Origin: Octopus sinensis
Lineage: Eukaryota
NCBI RefSeq assembly: GCF_006345805.1
Contig: NC_043014.1
Location: 10,416,001 to 10,480,000, forward strand
Direction of reading: 5' to 3'
DNA length: 64,000 nucleotides
Both the position numbers and the translations under genes were made by a program. The notes under the pieces are model-generated. The model was not told where the DNA came from and searched no databases. It saw only the letters and a program-made list of their open reading frames with translations. This document shows, piece by piece, positions 41,914 through 54,150 of the stretch (within the stretch, counting starts at the first letter, position 1; every line of letters begins with the position of its first letter).

Positions 41914-42010
41914 GTCGACCTCGGCGAAATTTGAACTCAGAACGTAACAGCAGACTAAATACGGCTACACATTTCGTCCGGCGTGCTAACGTTTCTGCCA
42001 GCTCAACGCC
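41914..42010 (-). mobile_element. SINE family 1 head
   Basis: Reverse complement of ggcg..gagctggcagaaacgttagcacgccgg...gagttcaaatt. Confidence 0.8.
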
Positions 42011-42014
42011 ACGT

Positions 42015-42245
42015 AATACAACATCGGCAGATAATAGAGCAAGGAAGAGGGAGTGGACCAGCGAAGAAAACAGGGTAGTGATACAGTGTTACTTAGAAAG
42101 GGAACCTAAAAGAAAGGGCTATAGAAAACGAATGTTAACACTTTGGATAGAGAAGGGTATATTTAAAGTAACTTAGCAGAGATTACTTGATCAAGGAACT
42201 GCTATTAGAAGAAAGGGGACGACAGATTGGAAGTAGAAGAGATCT
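42015..42245 (+). mobile_element. N-terminal fragment of another Dong/R4-like ORF
   Basis: RKREWTSEENRVVIQCY....KGYRKRMLTLW...FKVT*QRLLDQ..AI is the same WT.EE...V..Y motif as KWT.EEYKEVIYAYY at 44.0 kb. Confidence 0.7.
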
Positions 42246-42343
42246 AATGCTGCTTGTGGTAGTCCGATGTTAGAATACTTTTCTTTTCTAACAGCCTAAT
42301 CTGTTGAGTGTATATGAATTCAAATAATAATAATGATAATAAC

Positions 42344-42400
<57 letters not shown>

Positions 42401-42469
42401 GGGGAAAAATAACTCTCAAAGACTGGAACATCTACAATACCTCGTGAGTATTTGAAATTCTCTTCAAAG

Positions 42470-43375
42470 TGGGTTAAGAAATTTACAAATTTACATATCT
42501 GCAGCTTTCAAACATACATCCGATCGGCCTTAAAAACTTTAATACCCACAACTGCCTCTGTAAGCACCCTATTTTTTCTTCTCTCTAAAAATATCACGCT
42601 TTTCTTTTTGTGGACTTGCAAAACCCTAAAACTTTCTATGAAAATCTGACTTTTCTTTGCTTCCTCCCAGAATATTCAAATATAAATGTAAACATATACT
42701 CTTTATTGCAAAACACACCTGTTCCTCTAACTGGACATACAAACATCTCTAGATGGGTCAACTTCAACCTCCACAATATTACCTTGCACGAAATATACAA
42801 ACACTTTTTATTGCAATAACACAAACGCACATGGAAAAAATAATGATGCTAAGATTCTCTCTGGTCGAACACAGCTTCTCTATTCACAAATAATACAGAA
42901 CAGCCCTTCAAAATAAGTTAAGAAAATTTACAAATTTACATACCTACAGTTTTCAATCATACATTCGACCAGCTTTAAAAACTTTGATACCCACAATTGC
43001 CTCTGTAAACATCCTTTTTTTTTTCTTCTCTCTAAAAACATCACGCTTTTCTTCTTTTTTTCTTTTTGTGGACTTACAAACTTTCTATGAAAATCTGACT
43101 TTTCTTTTTTCCTCCCTGAATATTCAAATATAAATGTAAACATATACTTTTTATTGTAAAAACACACCTGTTCTTCTAACTGGACATACAACATCTCTAG
43201 AAACGTCAACTTCAACCTCCACAATATTACCTTACAGGAAATATACAAACACTTTTTATTGCAATAACACAAACGCACGTGGAAAAAAAAAAAAAAAAAA
43301 TGATGATGCTACGATTCTCTCTGGTCGAACACACCCTTCTCTATTCACAAACAATACAGAAACCGCCCTTCCTTA
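42470..43375. repeat. Diverged tandem duplication of a ~450-bp unit
   Basis: 42470-42910 and 42917-43375 are colinear with scattered substitutions. The paired minus ORFs both start MRLCYCNKKCLYISCKVILWRLKLT. Confidence 0.85.
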
Positions 43376-43680
43376 ATTTTTCTTAAGCCTAATAGTAGTA
43401 AACATCTGAACTTTTTTTGACTGATAGGACCGCACCTAAGAAAAAAAAAAAAAAAAAAAAAAAAAAGACAGTCAGCCAGCCAACAAGACAGACAGACACT
43501 ACTGTGATGGTGATAATGATAAAAAACAAAAATAACAATATAAGATACTGCTGTGACTACACATAAAACAATATCATTGATGATGATGGTGGTGATGGTG
43601 ATGGTGATGACGATAATGATGATGGTAATGGTGGTGATAATGATGATAGTGATGGTAATGGTAATGATAATAACAATAAT

Positions 43681-46600
43681 AAGCCGACTACGGCTGCTAT
43701 AATGGTACGATTATAATTGTAACGGCAATGATGGCCGTCTCCCCACGAGCCAATCAAAGCTAAAAAAATGATAACATTATCGTAGCACCAAAATGTTTTT
43801 GGAAACTAAAAGGAAAACTAAATCAGTATACCAAATCGCTTGTCCTATGGTTAATCGGAAGCGCGTCCCCCAGGGAAGAGCCAGCCTGGGATCGAAAAGT
43901 CATCAACTGGCACAAACTCTTCTCCGAATACGGACATGGATGGTCACTTGAACGGGAAATCCCCCAACTCGAGCCCTCCAAGTTCACCACCACAACCACC
44001 ACAGAAAGAAAAAATGTAAGCGGAACAAATGGACCGAGAAGAGTATAAAGAAGTAATATACGCTTATTACTATGCATTAGGTAGGCCATCTCAAGAGAGA
44101 CACACCGCAAACTCTTACAGTATATGGAGAACACGGAATCAAGACAGTAGGCCCTATTTGGACGAGAACAAATTAGCAAATGTGGAGGGGATATCTTTAG
44201 AAATAACAGACTCACAGACAGTGAAATAAGCGCGATCAAGCACGCAACGGAAAATGACATAAATATAAGACACAAAGGAAATGAAGAATCAGATGAACAG
44301 TATAGCCCGCCACGAGGCTTAATTGAAAGACTGCCATCTGACCAAAGTACGCAAAGGCCTGAAGATACAGAAATTCTATTGTACCTGTTAAAGATAGCCA
44401 GGAAAACGAAAAAACAACAGTAACTGAAGATCTCGCATTTGCTGAAGACACAGAGAGTCTATAGCAGAAATGAGGCAGAAAATCCTGAATACGCTTGAAG
44501 TTGTAAGACATACAAGTATGAATGATAGAGAACCGCTTCATAAACTCTCAAATACAAACCAAAATAAAAAACAAATCCAATTGGCAACTATGTAACAAAT
44601 GAATAATACGAGAATTAAAACCTGATTTTACTGAGTTAAATGAAATATTTACGCTTCTGCTAGGGCAATTGAAACCAGCTGTATGCCCCGAAAAAACAAA
44701 GAAAACAAAACCTGGGAAGAAATCAAACCTGGAGAAGTAAAATTGAAAAAGAGATTGAATTTATGAGAGGGGAAATATCAATATTAAATGAACTAATATG
44801 TGGAAATGATGTAAGATCCAGAACAGGAAGAAAGATGAAGAAAATTTGGATCCTCACCAAGAGAGGAACTGATATCAATAAAAGAAACGCTGAAACAAAA
44901 GTCCAAGCAAAAGCCCAAAGAATACGAAGATTTGAGAAGAGAAACAAGTTTTACAAGCAAAATAAGCTGTTCACATCCAATGCCAAAAAATTCTACAGAG
45001 AAATAGGGAAGGAGAAAGTAACCGTTAAAGACCCCCCTCCCATGGAAGAAGTTCAAAACTTTTGGAAAAGGATTTGGAGTGACAAGAAGACGTACAACAT
45101 AAATGCAGACTGGATTATACAAACTGAAGGATCCTACCAAATTTACAACAAGCATGGGAAGACATCACAATAGCAGACCTAAAAAGGCACTCACGAAGGC
45201 CCATAATTGGAATCCCCCGGTAAAGATAGGGTGCCGAATTTCTGGCCCGCATCGCTCCCGTGCGCACACAGTAAGCTAGTTCAGCTGCTCAATGGAATTA
45301 TGAGAGACCCAAAGAAAACACCTGAATGGTTAGCAAGTGGCATTACTTACCTACTCCCAAAGAATAACGAAACCAACCTTCCAAAAAACTATCGGCCTAC
45401 AACCTGTCTATCCACCACGTATAAAATCCTAACATCTATCCTGGCGGAGAAAACATATGCATTCATTGAGAAGAACGATATTTTCCCCATTGAACAAAAA
45501 GGGTGCCGCCGAGGCTCTTACGGATGCAAAGATCAACTGCTAATCAATCGTATGATCCTTGAGAACTGTCACAACAAGCGCAGAAATCTCAGCACCGCAT
45601 GGATTGACTATAAAAAGGCCTTCGACAGTATACCGCATCCATGGATCTTGAGATCGCTGGACATCTTCAAAATTTCCCCTGTGATTTCAAACTTCCTGAA
45701 GCACAATATGTCGTTGTGGAATACGAATCTCCAATTATACCACTCTAATGGAGTACTTGCCTCAGAAAATATAAACATCAACTGTGGCATTTTTCAAGGT
45801 GACTCACTTTCACCTTTAATATTCTGCATAGCCCTAATACCCCTTACAAGTGAATTAAACAGAACAGGGTATGGGTATAAAATTGCCAATAAAAAATAAG
45901 CCATCTATTTTATATGGATGACTTAAAACTTTATGGTAAAGACAATAATGAACTTGAAGGCCTATTGCGCACCGTGAAATCATTCAGCGATGACATCGGG
46001 ATGGAGTTTGGACTTGAGAAGTGTGCCAAGGCCACTTTCCAGAAAGGGAAAGTGAAGACCACAAATTCAGTCGTGTTAGATGTTGACACAGTCATAGAGA
46101 GCTTGAGCAAGAACAAACATACAAATATTTAGGGATAAATGAAGGCTCTGGTATTCAGCATGCAAGCATGAAAGAGAAAATCAGGAAGGAATGTTATAGG
46201 AGAGTTCGTGCAGTCCTGAAATCTGAACTAAATGCACGTAACAAGGTGTTAGCTATAAATTCCCTAGCAGTTCCAGTTGTTACTTATAGCTACAATGTGT
46301 TGAACTGGAATATGAGTGAAGTAAAGAATATAGATAGAAAAATACGCAAGCTGCTGAGTTGTAATAGATGCACCACCCAAAGGCAGACGTAGATCGCCTT
46401 TACCTTCCCAGAGCCCAAGGAGGTCGAGGCCTGATCCAATTTGAACTAGCTTACAAAACAACCACAATTGGACTGGCCAAATATCTCGAAATATCGAATG
46501 ACTGGATGCTAAAGCTCGTGGAAAATCACGAGAGACGAAAGAAGCTTCATTCTATCATCAAGGAAAGCAAAAAATTTGCTATTGATCTCGTGCAGGATAC

Positions 46601-47636
46601 CCAAACTGAACAACCCGAGGAAGTACGGCAACTATTGTTGCAAAGAAGGTGAAAATGATGGCAATGAAAAAGCGCACGAGCAATTGGCTGATAGGTGGGA
46701 GGAGAAACCTCTGCACGGCAAATATGTGACCCGCAGCAAACAAGCTGATGTTGACCAGAAGCAAACCCATCAGTGGCTGCGGAGCTCAGGGCTAAAAGCA
46801 GAGAGCGAAGGTTTCATCCTGGCTGCTCAAGACCAAGCCTATCAACCCGGAACTACCAGGCCAATGTGATGAAAATGGAGCAGACCCAAAATGCCGATTC
46901 TGCAACGACATGATTGAAACAGTGGACCACCTAATCTCTGGATGTAAAGTCTTAGCACCAGTGGAGTATAAATTAAGACATGACAGAGTTGGCCAATATC
47001 TCCACTGGCTAATAAGTCGGCATTACAATATCAAAACTGCCGACAAGTGGTATAATCACCACCCTGAGGCTGTAACTGAAGGAGAAAATGTAACCATTCT
47101 GTGGGACTTTCCAGTACATACAGACCGAACCATCAAGGCCAATAAACCAGATATTGTTGTGAAAGACCAAAACAATAAAGTTTGCTTATTGATCGACATA
47201 AGCATCCCCTGTGATCATAATATCTCAGCGAAAGAGTTTGACAAGCTCAGAAAATATAAAGACCTACTCATTGAAATTGAGAAAATGTGGCATCTCAAGG
47301 CGGTTACAATACCAGTGATCGTAGGAGCACTAGGAATGATCAAGAAGGGAACCGAAAATTATATGAGAATTATCCCTGGCTTACCATCCCTGCAAGAAGT
47401 GCAAAAGATTGTCTTAACTGGTACATCACACGTATTGAGAAGAGCATTGTCGATGTGAGAACTGTTGCTGCTCATGCATTTTAATTTAACTTTAAATAAA
47501 AAAAATTTAAAAAATGAACGAACTACTGAGTTTGGTTTAATGGCCTACCAATATACACTATGAGTTTCTTTGCCCTAGGAGTCGGGAAGACACTCGGCAA
47601 GAAATGGAAGAAAATTTGAAAGAAGAAAAAAAAAGT
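43681..47636 (+). mobile_element. Near-full-length R4/Dong-clade non-LTR retrotransposon (family A; RT, CCHC knuckle, RLE), frameshifted
   Basis: RT motifs NYRPTTCLSTTYK, EQKGC, WIDYKKAFDS.PH, GIFQGDSLSP and FYMDDLKLY. Then CRFC....ETVDHLISGC, RHD, KPDIVV and E..K..KY. Flanked by (AAT)/(GAT) tracts with a long (AAT)n 3' tail. The 5' boundary is approximate. Confidence 0.92.
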
Positions 47637-47642
47637 AATAAC

Positions 47643-47703
<61 letters not shown>

Positions 47704-47709
<6 letters not shown>

Positions 47710-47908
47710 TCTATGTAATCTCAAGTTTGAAAACAAACATAATTTTCATTTTTTTTTTTTAGACATTCACTAGTACAACACTAAATACAAAACCAAATAT
47801 ATGGCACACTAGGCATAACAACATCACGAACTTCCAACCTGTTGTCTCTTGAGGTCTCTGGGCGAGACTTGGAGCCAACTTGTACAAATATAGCAAAAGT
47901 CAAACATA

Positions 47909-47909
<1 letters not shown>
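47704..47909 (+). mobile_element. Dong-like family B 3' end
   Basis: Last codons (ILSM*) plus the 3'UTR shared with 61017-61285, in (AAT)n. Confidence 0.85.
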
Positions 47910-47953
<44 letters not shown>

Positions 47954-48162
47954 TAATAATAATGATGATGATGATGATGATGATGATGATGTGATATAAT
48001 AATAATAATAATAATAATATAATATAATAATAATAATAACAATACAATAACAATAACAATAACAATAATAATAACAATAATAATAATAAATATGATAATA
48101 ATAATAATAATAATAATATAATAATAATAATAAATAATAATAATAATAATAATAATAATATA

Positions 48163-48195
<33 letters not shown>

Positions 48196-48197
<2 letters not shown>

Positions 48198-48750
48198 GCC
48201 CTGATGCAGTACCAGGCAGTGGCTCTCATGGCTTCTGATCTTAACTGATTGGAAGTGTTATCATGTACATTGTTTTGTCTTGGTATAAAAGATGGGCTAC
48301 AGCAAATATTCTGCTCAATACCACAGATTTGCTTGTCAGTTGTTTGACTTTAACCAGTTGAGCATATCCCTTAGTGGCTGACGATATGTGCATCTCTGAT
48401 CACGAGCAGAAGTAGTGGGGGAGCATCATAGCCATGTGTTGAGAGGGATTCTTTGGGGTTTGAATAATTCACCTCTGGAAACATGGGTGGTTCTTTCAAT
48501 TTCATTAAACAACCCTTATTCAGGGACCTTTTGAGCGGGATGGGTTACTCAACCTGAGGAAAATTCTAACTGGCCCCACCTGCAAGGTCATGTGCTGTTT
48601 ATCTTGGTATGAGATTACCATGTCGCGCACATATGGTTGTGATGCATGTGCCTGGTATACCCTTATCAGACGGGTAGTCATGATGGGTATATTCGGCTTC
48701 GTATATTTTACCCCAGTGTCACTTTGATGGCATGCACTGCTCTCTCACTC
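48196..48750 (+). mobile_element. 560-bp ORF-less (AAT)n-associated retroposon, full copy
   Basis: ATGCCCTGATGCAGTACCAGG...GCACTGCTCTCTCACTC with (AAT)n on both sides. Copies at 29.3, 61.4 and 62.7 kb. Confidence 0.88.
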
Positions 48751-48790
<40 letters not shown>

Positions 48791-49032
48791 GTAATAATAA
48801 TAATAATTACCGTTATACAACGCCTGAAATCTAGTGGGAAGGAGATAGTCGAGTTTAAACTGATATTTATGACATCGACTCTAAAAGGATGATATGTCCA
48901 GTCAACCTCGGCGAAATTTGAACGTGAAGATGCATAAAAATACTTCAAACCATTATTTCCGGTGTGGTAACGATTTTTCAACGGCTCTGTATTAATAACA
49001 GAATCAACCATAATTATTATTATTATTATTAA

Positions 49033-49083
<51 letters not shown>

Positions 49084-49795
49084 GATGGTAATGATGATGA
49101 TGATGATGATGATGATAATGATGATGACGATCGTGATGAGGATGACGGGGAGGTGGATATTTTGTGAATGCTTAAGGGAAGCAATTATTTGAAATGAGAC
49201 TTTCGATCACGTCAACCTAAGGAATTGGCAATCTATATTGTCTTCGTCAAAGACGCCGCTTCGCGCCTGTGACAGAGTCAATGCGTTAACACCCTCATGC
49301 GTTCATATACGGGTTTTATGCTGAAATAAATTGTTATGGCCGTGTTTCGTTGATGATGAAATATAGAAATATATATTTGTATTGAAATAAATAATATTTG
49401 CTCAAAGCACATATCTTTCTTCAGAATGGTCTCAAAGGAAACTTGATAGAAATAGAATCAGACAATAATACAGTGGTCTTTGAAGCACTTCTATGCTAGC
49501 AAAATTCTGCTACAAGACCCCAAGCTCACGAATTCGCTGCTTTTAAATGATTTAGAATTCACAGCTTTTAATTCACACCTCATAAATTCACAACTTTTAA
49601 ATTATTTAGACTAACAGTACAAGATCCCCCTTTAACGGTACGCGAGAATGCTATATGGTTGACCCTTAAAATGCCAATTGTACCCATTTAAAATACAGTT
49701 TACTGTAACAATATCAAAGGCAGCGCTTTGCTCAAGGACACATTATGACGCTTAATCTGAAAATCGAACCACCAGCCTGATGACTGTGAGTGCAA

Positions 49796-50579
49796 TACCT
49801 ATTTCTTTACTACCGACAAGGGGCTAAACACAGAGTGGGCAAGCAAGGACAGACAAAGGTATTAAGTCGATTATATTGAACCCAGTGCGTAACTGGTACT
49901 TAATTTATCGACCTCGAAAGGATGAAAGGCAAAGTCGACCTCGGTGGAATTTGAACTCATAACGTAACGGCAGACGAAATACCTATTTCTTTACTGCCCA
50001 CAAGAGGCTAAACACAGAGGAGACAAACAAGGACTGGCATACAGATTAAGTTGATTACATCGACACCAGTGCGTAACTGGTACTCATTTAATCGAGCCCG
50101 AAAGGATTAGAGGCAAAGTCGACCTCGGCAGAATTTGAACTCAGAACGTAACGGCAGACGAAATACCTAGTTCTTTACTACCCACAAGGGTACACAGAGA
50201 GGACAAACAAGGACCGACACACAGATTAAGTCGATTATATCGACCTCAGTGCATAACTGGTACTTATTTAATCGACCTCGAAAGGATGAAAGGCAAAGCC
50301 GACCTCGGCGGAATTTGAACTCAGAACGTAGCGGCAGACGAAATACCTATTTCTTTACTACCCACAAGGTGTTAAACACAGAGGGGACAAACAAGGACAG
50401 ACACACAGATTAAGTCGATTACATCGACCCTAGTGCGTTACTGGTACTTATTTAATCGACCCCGAAAAGATGAAAGGCAAAGTCAACCTCGGCGGAATTT
50501 GAACTCAGAACGTAGCGGCAGGCGAAATACCACAAAGCATTTATCCCGGCGTGCTAACGTTTCTGCCAGCTCGCCGCCT
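49796..50579 (-). mobile_element. SINE family 1 tetramer (one head plus three head-less repeats)
   Basis: Four ~185-bp units with the head at 50579. The array abuts another tRNA-SINE remnant at about 49720-49795. Confidence 0.9.
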
Positions 50580-50950
50580 TCTGTGAGTCCAATACCTTAT
50601 CCTTTAGAACACGCGTCTGTATTTTATTCTAGAATGTGTTTTGTTCGATACGAAGAGAGAAAAATGGATCATAACCATGATCGAATTTAACGTAGAAAAG
50701 TGAAGCAGGAGAGGAAAATATTTATACATCAGAATATTTATTGAAAATTTCAGAAAATAGTGAAAGAATAACTGAATTACTGTCGTATTGTATTGGAGAA
50801 TTAAACAAAAAGTTGAGCATGTTGTTTTTATTATATTGGGAATTTAGAGAGAATAACCAAACAAGAATGGGTCGCACAAACCAGACGATTGACAATTATT
50901 ATTCAGACTTGCTACTAAATTATTATTCCACGATATATTATAGTAAAATA

Positions 50951-51646
50951 CTAGCAGTATCACCCGGCGTTGCTCGGGTTTGTAAGGGAAATAACTATAG
51001 AAGCATTTTTAGAGAGTTATAGCAAAAAAATAGAAAAAAAATGCATTAAAAATGGAAAAAAAATTATGGTAATTTTTTTTAAATCGTAGACTCATCGTAG
51101 ACATTTTTAGAGAGTCACTTCCCTTATATAATAGCGAAAAAATGCATTAAAATGGAAAAAAATGATGGTAAGTTTTTTTAAAAATCGTTGACTCATCGTA
51201 GACATTTTTAGAGAGTTACTTCCCTTATATAATAGCGAAAAAATGCATTAAAATGGAAAAAATGATGGTAAGTTTTTTTAAAAATCGTTGACTCATCGTA
51301 GACATTTTTAGAGAGTTACTTCCCTTATATAATAGCGAAAAAATGCATTGAAATGGAAAAAAATTATGGTAATTTTTTTTTAAATCGTAGACTCATCGTA
51401 GACATTTTTAAAGAGCTACTTCCCTTATATAATACCGAAAAAATTGCATTAAAATGGAAAAAATGATGGTAATTTTTTTTTTAATCGTAGACTCATCGTA
51501 GACGCGCGCTAATACCCAGAAGGGCTCGATATGAATCACGACTATAAGATACCCGGTTTTGGTTAAACTGCACCGCAAAATGTGGGAGTAGTTAGGAATC
51601 TAAATCGTAGGAGACAGACAGACAACATCTCTTTTATATATAAAGA
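50951..51646 (-). mobile_element. Non-autonomous Helitron with five internal ~103-bp repeats
   Basis: a|TCTTTATATA...CCCGAGCAACGCCGGG..CTAG|t on the minus strand. The internal unit aatgcattaaaatggaaaaa...gactcatcgtagac occurs five times. Confidence 0.9.
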
Positions 51647-51907
51647 TATCTAGGAATCACACATAATGATTGTGCATCAACGTACATACTTCTTCACTGG
51701 GGTATTGTAAGCCAGTAATCACAAATCAATGAAAAATTCAAAATATCGATATATGCTTTCACTGTAAAAACATTATTCATATTATTCCAATGATGTTAAT
51801 CTACATATTATACCAGTTGAATAATAACTACAGTATATAACATAATGATAACGGGAGCCGCAACAACAGCAGTGATTATAATAAATTATTATTATTATTA
51901 TTATTAT

Positions 51908-51993
<86 letters not shown>

Positions 51994-52083
51994 AAACTAA
52001 GTACTACAATTAGTGTATATTGTAAACTCCACGTGAATATGTGTGTATGTGTTTGCATGTGTGGGTATGTGTGCTTATGTGTG

Positions 52084-52145
<62 letters not shown>

Positions 52146-52282
52146 TACATATACATGTCTATCTATCTATCTATATATATATAATATATATATATAATAT
52201 ATATATATATATATTATATATATATACACATATATACATATACATGTCTATCTATCTATCTATCTATATATATATATATATA

Positions 52283-52322
<40 letters not shown>

Positions 52323-52324
<2 letters not shown>

Positions 52325-52630
52325 AGGCGCAATGGCCTAGTGGTTAGGGTAGCGGACTCGCGGTCGTAGGATCGCGGTTTCGATTCCCAGACCGGGCGTT
52401 GTGAGTGTTTATTGAGCGAAAACACCTAAAGCTCCACGAGGCTCCGGCAGGGGGGGGGGCGATCCCTGTGTACTCTTTCGCCACAACTTTCTCTCACTCT
52501 TTCTTCTGTTGGCCTGCTCGCATACCCAGCGGGGTGGCATCATTTGAAGGCTAAAACAATGCGAAGCGCATTGTGACCAGCGATGTGTAACAACATCTGA
52601 TGGCCTGGTCGGTCACGGTGATCACGGTGA
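52323..52630 (+). mobile_element. SINE family 3 (tRNA head) with (TCACGGTGA)2 tail
   Basis: A box tggcctagtgg, B box gtttcgattccc. Inserted between (TG)n and (TA)n. Confidence 0.85.
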
Positions 52631-52693
52631 TATATATATATAATTTTCACACTATATATAATCATTTATATGCAAATGTATATATATATATAT

Positions 52694-52725
<32 letters not shown>

Positions 52726-53495
52726 AATGCTATATATACGTGCATGCAAACATGTATATATGTACATATATACATATATTAATGTGTGTGAGTGTGTATG
52801 TATGTATGTGTGTGTGTGTGTGCGTATGTATGGGTAAAATAAGAACACAATTGAGTTGAAAATTCACAACAGCCTTTCAATGACATTATATTGACGAATT
52901 CTTATATTACATCATGACAAAAATCCGCCATATTCGGTTGATTTTAAATAAACACATCGACTGGTAACGTAAAAAAAAGTTGAGTTGATCAGCACACGAA
53001 GCTACATAGTGAAACAAGTGAAGTTACCAGTAGTATCATAGAAAATACAAAAGCTGTTTGCAAAACTCATAAGTGTAAAGTGGAAGATACTTTCGAATTT
53101 TTCAAATCGCTGTCTTAATTACTTTATGGTGTCTTGGCTGGATAATTAATGAAGGCAGCATTATACTAAAAGAAGAAAAAGTTAGGAAAAGTAAAAGAAA
53201 TAGGAAAGATCTATTCAATAGAGTAATATAGAAAGACATCAGATAACAGGTCCGGTTGTCGCCATTTATCCTACACTAGAACAAACATAATGTGCCCAAT
53301 GTAACATTCATCAAATGCTTGATTGTGCTTCGTCAGGCAATTATTTTGAACGATGTCTTCGTTAGATAAGACTGTGATTGTACTCCATTGTGCCCCCTTA
53401 ATTTGAAGATAAAACTAAACCCATAAAGTAAACTACTTGAGTATGCATTGCATGGGTATGCATTTTCTTTTTATCACCATACTTATCTTGTTCCG

Positions 53496-53760
53496 AGGAG
53501 GCGCGTGACTTAGTGGTTAGGATGTCAGCATCATGATCGTAAGATTGTGGTTTCGATTCCTGGACCGGGCGACGCGTAATGTTCTTGAGCAAACCACTTC
53601 ATTTCACGTTGCTCCAGTCCACTCAGCTGGCAAAAATGAGTAACGCTGCGATGGAATGGCGTCCCGTCCAGCTGGGGAACACGTACGCCATAGAAACCGG
53701 GAAATTGGGCCCATGAGCCTGGCTAGGCTTTAAAAACAGGGCGCATTTATTATTTATTAT
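53496..53760 (+). mobile_element. SINE family 4 (tRNA head, CORE/V-like body)
   Basis: tgacttagtgg A box, gtttcgattcc B box, cttgagcaa...ttgctccagtccactcagctg body, (TTTA)n tail. Confidence 0.75.
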
Positions 53761-53929
53761 CTTACTCTATTGTACTAAGGATTCGCAGATAAACTGGTGA
53801 AGTAGTTTCCAGATACAACCAGGGAGGTGCCAAATGTCTTACAATAACAGGCAAGGGTTACTTTATATCCCTTCCGAGTAGTTAGTCAGTCTTTATCACT
53901 TTATCACTTCATTATTTCTAAACCCTTAA

Positions 53930-54150
53930 GGCGGCGAGCTGGCAAAATAGTTAGCAAGCTGGACAAAATGCTTAGCGTTATTTCGCCCGTCGCTACGTTC
54001 TCAGTTCAAATTTCGCCGAGGTCGACTTTGCCTTTCGTCCTTTCGGTGTCAATGAAATAAGTACCAGTGAAATACTGGGGGTCGATGCGATCGACTAGTC
54101 CCCTCCCCTCCCCCAAATTTCTGGCCTTGTACCTATTGTAGAAATGATTA
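53930..54150 (+). mobile_element. SINE family 1 (short-tail subtype)
   Basis: Head and core as at 15266. Confidence 0.8.

Noticed and set aside
43683-43780. HDV-like ribozyme at the Dong 5' end (cgt-ctcccc-acg...gctaa)
   Set aside because: I could not build P1, P1.1 and P2; only a simple hairpin is supported.
48222-48265. SECIS-like hairpin in the 560-bp element
   Set aside because: It has ATGG rather than ATGA and lacks the 3' GA of the quartet. No selenoprotein context.
52323-52400. tRNA gene
   Set aside because: A and B boxes are present but there is no proper acceptor stem, and it continues into a repeated SINE body.
52925-52935. YY1-like motif CCGCCATATT suggesting a promoter
   Set aside because: A single short motif with no other support.
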